A DNA stretch of 64,000 nt from Sminthopsis crassicaudata (Eukaryota), in contig NC_133620.1 of assembly GCF_048593235.1 (NCBI RefSeq), positions 296,561,765 to 296,625,764 on the forward strand, in the 5' to 3' direction. The position numbers and the translations under genes were made by a program. Below, piece by piece: positions 57,872 through 64,000 of this stretch. A model generated the notes under the pieces. That model ran no database searches. It saw nothing but the letters and a program-made list of their open reading frames with translations, and was not told where the DNA came from. The number at the start of each line of letters is the position of its first letter. The stretch's first letter is position 1.

Positions 57872-58678
57872 AAAAGTTTCAGCTAAGCAGTGGATGTAGA
57901 AAGGAAACAAATTCAGAAATCACCAGAAAAACCTGCAACTTTGTTCCCTTTTCATTTAGACTTTCCTCCAGGGACATGGTGAAGTGGAACTTTGGAGAAG
58001 AGCGGAAGGAATGTTGGAAATTTCATCATTTATAGAGAAATTTGAGGGACTGGCCTAGAAACTGGGAATGTGGTATTGGGAAGGAGAAATATTGGAAAAT
58101 ATACTTTAAAAATGAGAATGTGCCAGTGGTTGGGGAATTTAGAGGCTGTTTTTCCCATTGAAAACTTTACAGGATAGTTTAACATGTACAGAAAAGCCTT
58201 CTTTCTAGGCTCTTGAAGTTGGAGTCAAAGTAATTGAGATAAGGTGACTTCCTATGATGAACTATGCCCAGAATCAAGAATAGATGATAATTTAGTTGAC
58301 CCAAAGAAGCTTCAGGATAAGATGAGAGGACTTCCTTCCAGAATGGGAAGTTAGTATCTTCTCTCTGTACTGGAAATTCCATTTGCATGAGACATGCAGG
58401 AGTTGATAGAGAAGCATAAGGAGAGCCGGTTCAGCTTCTATCAGCTTGGTAGTTTTCTTTTAAATATTTTTGAGAGGGGGGAGAAGCAGAGAGTAAATAA
58501 AGATGTCTGTATTGTCTTCAGCAACCTCTGATATTCATAGAATCTATTCAGTCAACAGCAACACCTAATCTGTACTACCCATTCTTTCACTTCATCAAAT
58601 ATAATCCTTACACAAGCATAATCCAAAAGTTTCAGCTAAGCAGTGGATGTAGAAAGGAAACAAATCCAGAAATCACCA
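57872..58678 (+). repeat. 54-bp dispersed direct repeat (57872-57925 and 58625-58678)
   Basis: Copies differ at 1 of 54 positions. Confidence 0.9.
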
Positions 58679-59024
58679 TCACTCATTTTGCATCCCATCT
58701 ACCATCTAAAAGTTCTGAACACAGTATTGTGGGCTAGGCATGCTAGGTGCTACTCTTGTAATTTAAATATGAAATTTGGTCAAATTAATCACTCATGAAA
58801 TCCATCTAAAAGTTAAAAAGATTTAACTATGGTTGGGAAAAGACATTTAAAGCATTAAAGACATTCTTCCTGAGGGGATGTTAAAGATATAATATTTGAT
58901 TCAGCTAAGCAATGTGTCTGTTTATTTGATTATCCTTTAGTCAGACAACTCAAAGGAGGAGCTCCAAACTCTAGAATCCTGGCTGTTTTGTACTCAAACG
59001 TCCCAGGAATAATCAAGTCTTGGT

Positions 59025-59273
59025 GGTGGTCTTCAGTCATTGCTGATTCTGAGACCCTATTTGGGTTTTCTTGGTAAAAATAATTGATGTGGTTTCCATT
59101 TCCCTCTCCAGTTTATTTTACATATTTACTGAGCTGCCTCGGAAATCCAGGCAAACAGCATTAAGTAAATGATCCAGGGTCACCACAGCTAGTAAAATGG
59201 TTGAAGCCGGGTTTGAAATTGAATCTTCCTGACTCCAAGTCCAAGCTCTATCTACTTTACCACCTAGCTGCCT
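59025..59273 (-). mobile_element. MAR1-type CORE-SINE
   Basis: Reverse complement has tRNA head, CORE and ccaagaaaacccaaat tail. Confidence 0.7.
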
Positions 59274-59351
59274 AAAGTCTTAGTACCCTGAGCCAAATCT
59301 AGATTTGGTACCATTTGTGTGTATGTGTGTGTGTGAGAGAGAGAGAGAGAT

Positions 59352-59470
59352 AATTAGGGTTAAATGACTTGTCCAGGGTCACATAGTTGGAAGTGTTAAG
59401 TGACTGAGATCAGATTTGAACTCAGGTCCTCCTGACTTCAGGGCTGGTCGACTGTGCTATCTAGTTCCCC
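59352..59470 (-). mobile_element. WSINE1-like SINE next to (TG)n(AG)n
   Basis: ttaaatgacttgtccagggtcac...gatttgaactcaggtcctcctgacttcagggctgg. Confidence 0.7.
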
Positions 59471-59535
59471 CAGGCCCCCATTCAGTACCTTTTAATGAAA
59501 CATTAATTTAACTTGCTTAGAAAGTAGGGGTTTGA

Positions 59536-61780
59536 GTGAAACAAGGTTGCCCATTATCACCATTACTATTCAATATTGTATTAGAAATGCTAGCCTCGGC
59601 AATAAGAGTCCAAAAAGAGATTAAAGAATAAGAGTAGGTAATGAGGAAATCAAAACTGTCACTCTTTGCAGATGATATGATGGTATACTTAAAAAACCCC
59701 AGAGATTCTAATAAAAAATTAGAAATAATTCACAACTTGAGCAAAGTTGCTGGATACAAAATAAATCCACATAAATCCTCAGCATTTTTATACATTACCA
59801 ACAAAATGCAACAGCAAGAGATACAAAGAGAAATTCCATTCCAAACAAATGTTGAGAGTATTAAATATTTGGGAATCCATCTACCAAAGAAAAGTCAGGA
59901 ATTATATGAGCAAAATTATGAAACACTTGCCACAAAAATAGTCAGATTTAAATAATTGGAAAGACATTCAGTGCTCTTGGATAGGCCGAGCGAATATAAT
60001 AAAGATGACAATACTCCCCAAACTAATCTATTTATTTAGTGCTATACCATCCCCAAACTAATCTATTTATTTAGTGCTATACCAATCAGACTCCCAAGAA
60101 ACTATTTTAATGACCTAGAAAAAATAACAACTAAATTCATATGGAAGAATAAAAGGTCGGAAATTTCAAGGGAACTAATGAAAAAAAAGTCAGATGAAGG
60201 TGGTCTAGGTGTACCTGATCTAAAGCTATATTATATAGCAGTAGTCACCTTTTGGTATTGGCTAAGAAATAGACCAGTCAATCAGTGGAACAGATTAGGT
60301 ACAAAGGACAAAAAAGGGTAATTTATAGCAATCTAGTGTTTGACAAACCCAAAGATACCAACATTTGGGATAAAAATTCATTATTTGAAAAAAACTGTTG
60401 GGAAAACTGGAAATTAGTATGGCAGAAATTGGATATGGATCCACACAACACCATATACCAAGATAAGATCAAAATGGGTCCATGATTTAGGCATAAAGAA
60501 TGAAAGAGAGGAACAGAGAATAGTCTACCTCTCAGACCTGTGGAGGAGGAAGGAATTTATGACCAGAAGAGAACTAGAGATCATTATCGATCACAAAATA
60601 GAAGATTTTGATTACATCAAACTAAAAAGTTTCTGTACAAACAATACTAATGCAAACAAGATTAGAAGGGAAGTAACAAATTGGGAAAATATTTTTACAG
60701 TTAAAGGTTCTGATAAAGGTCTCATTTCCAAAATATATAGAGAACTGATTTATAAGAAATCAAACCATTCTCCAATTGATAAATGGTCAAAGGATATGAA
60801 CAGACAATTCTCAGATGATGAAATTGAAATTATATCCACTCATATGAAAGAGTGTTCCAAATCACTACTGATCAGAGAAATGCAAATTAAGAAAATTCTG
60901 AGATACCACTACACACCTGTCAGATTGGCTAAGATGATGACAGGAACAAATAATGATGAATGTTGGAGGGGATGTGGGAAAACTAGGGCGCTAATACATT
61001 GTTGGTGGAGCTGTAAAAGAATCTGGCCATTCTGGAGAGCAATTTGGAACTATGCCCAAAAAGTTATCAAACTGTGCATACCCTTTGATCCAGCATTGCT
61101 GCTATTGGGCTTATATCCAAAGAAATGCTAAAGAGCGGAAAGGGACCTGTATGTGCCAAAGTGTTTGTGGCAGCTCTTTTTCTTGTAGATAGAAACTGGA
61201 AGATGAATGGATGTCCATCAATTGGAGAATGGTTGGGTAAATTATGGTATATGAAGATTATATGGAATACTATTGCTCTGTAAGAAATGACCAGCAGGAT
61301 GAATTCAGAAAGGTTTGGAGAGACTTACATGAACTGATGCTGAGTGAAATGAACAGAACCAGAAGATCGCTGTACACTTCAACAACAATACTGTATGAAG
61401 ATGTATTCTGATGGAAGTGGATATCTTCAACATAAAGAAGATCCAACTCATTTCCAGTTGATCAATGATGGACACCCAGAGAAGGAACACTGGGAAATGA
61501 ATGTAAATTGTTAGCAGTACTGTCTTATCTACCCAGGTTACTTATACTTTCGGAATCTAATACTTAACGTGCAATAAGAAAATGGGATTTACACACATAT
61601 TGTATCTAGGTTATATTGTAACACATCTAAAATGTATGGGATTGCCTGTCATCTAGGGGAGGGAGTAGAGGGAGGGAGGGGATAATTTGGAAAAATGAAT
61701 ACACGGGATAATGTTATAAAAAAAATTACTCATGCATATATACTGTCCAGAAATTTTTTATAATTATAAAATTAAAAAAA
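59536..61780 (+). mobile_element. 5'-truncated L1 (ORF2 RT to 3'UTR to A tail), disrupted
   Basis: [20 protein letters not shown] (about 59662), KVAGYKIN, CWRGCGK, HCWWSC; G-rich 3'UTR tract; degenerate TSD agaaa(gta)ggggttt. Confidence 0.92.
60015..60084 (+). repeat. 35-bp perfect tandem duplication inside L1
   Basis: TCCCCAAACTAATCTATTTATTTAGTGCTATACCA x2. Confidence 0.95.
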
Positions 61781-61894
61781 AGAAAGGGGTTTTAGAATAT
61801 ATTGCTCAATATGTGATTTCTAATAAATATTCATATATTCATATAAAATTATGAATTGGAAAAATGGAGATAATGAGGAATGGATCCTCTTTTC

Positions 61895-63981
61895 TTTTTT
61901 TTGTTTTTTGTTTTTAATCTGTCATGTTTATTTCTTTTTTTAATTTAATTTTAATTTTATTTTATAATTATAACTTTTTTTTGACAGTACATATGCATGG
62001 GTAATTTTTTACAACATTATCCCTTGCACTTACTTCTGTTCAGATTTTTTCCCTTCCTCCCCCAACCCCCTCCCCCAGATGGCAGGCAGTCTTATACATG
62101 TTAAATATATTACAATATATTCTAGATACAATATGTGTGTAGAACCGAATTTCTTGTTGCACAGGAAGAATTGGATTCAGAAGGTAAAAATAACAGTTTA
62201 CACTCATTTCTCAGTGTTCCTTTTCTGGATGTAGCTGATTCTGTCCATCATTGATCAATTGGAATTGGATTAGCTCTTCTCTATGTTGAAGATATCCACT
62301 TCCATCAGAATACATGCTCATACAGTATCATTGTTGAAGTGTATAATGATCTTCTGGTTCTGCTCGTTTCACTCAGCATCAGTTGATGTAAGTCTCTCCA
62401 AGCCTCTCTGTATTTCTCCTGTTGGTCATTTCTTATAGAACAATAATATTCCATAACATTCATATACCATAGTTTACCCAACCATTCTCCAATTGATGGA
62501 CATCCATTCATCTTCCAGCTTCTAGCCACTATGAAAAGGGCTGCCACAAACATTTTGGCACATACAAGACCCTTTCCCTTCTCTAGTAGTTCCTTGGGGT
62601 ATAAGCCCAATAGTAGTATGGCTGGGTCAAAGGGTATGCACATTTTGATAACTTTTTGGGCATAATTCCAGATTGCTCTCCAGAATGGTTGGATTCTTTC
62701 ACAACTCCACCAACAATGCATCAGTGTCCCAGTTTTCCCACAGCCCCTCCAACATTCATCATTATTTGTTCCTGTCATCTTAGCCAATCTGACAGGTGTG
62801 TAATGATATCTCAGAGTTGTCTTAATTTGCATTTCTCTGAACAATAGTGATTTGGAACACTCTTTCATATGAGTGGAAATAGTTTTAATTTCATCATCTG
62901 AAAATTGTCTGTTCATATCCTTTGACCATTTATCAATTGGAGAATGGCTTGATTTCTTATAAATTAAAGTCAATTCTCTGTATATTTTGGAGATGAGGCC
63001 TTTATCAGAACCTTTAACTGTAAAAATGTTTTCCCAATTTGTTACTTCCCTTCTAATCTTGTTTGCATTAGTTTTGTTTGTGCAGAAACTTTTTAATTTG
63101 GTGTAATCAAAATTTTCTATTTTGTGATCAATAATGGTCTCTAGTTCTCCCTTGGACACTCCTTCCTCCTCCACAAGTCTGAGAGGTAAACCATCCCATG
63201 TTCCTCCAATTTATTTATGATTTCGTTCTTTATGCCTAAATCTTGGACCCATTTTGATCTAATCTTAGTATGTGGTGTTAAATGTGGGTCCATGCCTAGT
63301 TTCTGCCATACTAATTTCCAGTTTTCCCAGCAGTTTTTGTCAAATAATGAATTCTTATCCCAAAATTTGGGATCTTTGGGTTTGTCAAACACTAGATTGC
63401 TATTTTTATTCACTATCTTGCCCTGTGAACCTAACCTATTCAACTGATCAATTAGTCTATTTCTTAGCCAATACCAAATGGTTTTGGTGACTGTTGCTTT
63501 ATAATACAGTTCTAGATCAGGTACAGCTAGACCACCTTCACTTAATTTTTTTTTTCATTACTTCCCTTGAAATTCTCGACCTTTTCTTGTTCCATATGAA
63601 TTCTGTTGTTATTTTTTCTAGGTTATTAAAATAGTTTCTTGGAAGTCTGATTGGTATAGCACTAAATAAATAGATTAGTTTAGGGAGTATTGTCATCTTA
63701 ATTATATTCGCTTGGCCTATCCAAGAGCACTAAATGTCTTTCCAATTATTTAAATCTGACTTTATTTTTGTGGCAAGTGTTTTGTAATTTTGCTCATATA
63801 ATTCCTGACTCTCCTTGGTAGATATATTCCCAAATATTTTATACTATCGACCGTTATTTTGAATGGAATTTCTCTTTGTATCTCTTGCTGTTGGATTGTG
63901 TTGGTAATGTATAAAAATGCTGAGGATTTATGTGGATTTATTTTGTATCCTGCAACTTTGCTAAAATTCTGAATTATTTCT
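61895..63981 (-). mobile_element. 5'-truncated L1 with 16-bp TSD
   Basis: 289-aa ORF2 C-terminal ORF (62305-63174); T tail; AATGGATCCTCTTTTC at 61879-61894 and 63982-63997. Confidence 0.94.
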
Positions 63982-64000
63982 AATGGATCCTCTTTTCAAT

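Noticed and set aside
58496-58501. AATAAA as the CYB5D1 poly(A) site
   Set aside because: It lies 1.5 kb past the stop, variant hexamers occur earlier, and sequence alone cannot choose between them.
60559-63443. ORFs of 190, 289 and 100 aa as host genes
   Set aside because: They are fragments of L1 ORF2 (C-terminal CCHC region) from truncated, inactive copies.

Overview
Mammalian, almost certainly marsupial, genomic DNA. WSINE1/MAR1-type CORE-SINEs and marsupial-type L1 suggest a dasyurid such as the Tasmanian devil; the species call is inference. The window holds the conserved DNAH2-KDM6B-TMEM88-NAA38-CYB5D1 gene block. I reconstructed five spliced genes by hand, all with GT-AG junctions and consistent phases: the last 28 coding exons of DNAH2 (+, 1550-23246), complete KDM6B/JMJD3 (+, CDS 37541-49274, 1597 aa, plus candidate 5'UTR exons from about 23854), TMEM88 (+, 163 aa), NAA38 (-, 125 aa) and CYB5D1 (+, 239 aa; head-to-head with NAA38). 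The rest is introns, SINEs, L1/L2 remnants, hAT fossils, microsatellites, CpG islands and two N gaps. There are no rRNA, tRNA or CRISPR features and no wholly new gene system is supported. The most interesting leads are: a three-uORF leader on KDM6B; RFX X-box motifs across a cilia-gene locus; a PPxY motif in TMEM88; start-codon turnover in CYB5D1; a stop-free last KDM6B intron; a 54-bp dispersed direct repeat; and a tail-to-tail L1 pair with a micro 3' transduction. Comparisons to human sequence are from memory and need checking by alignment.
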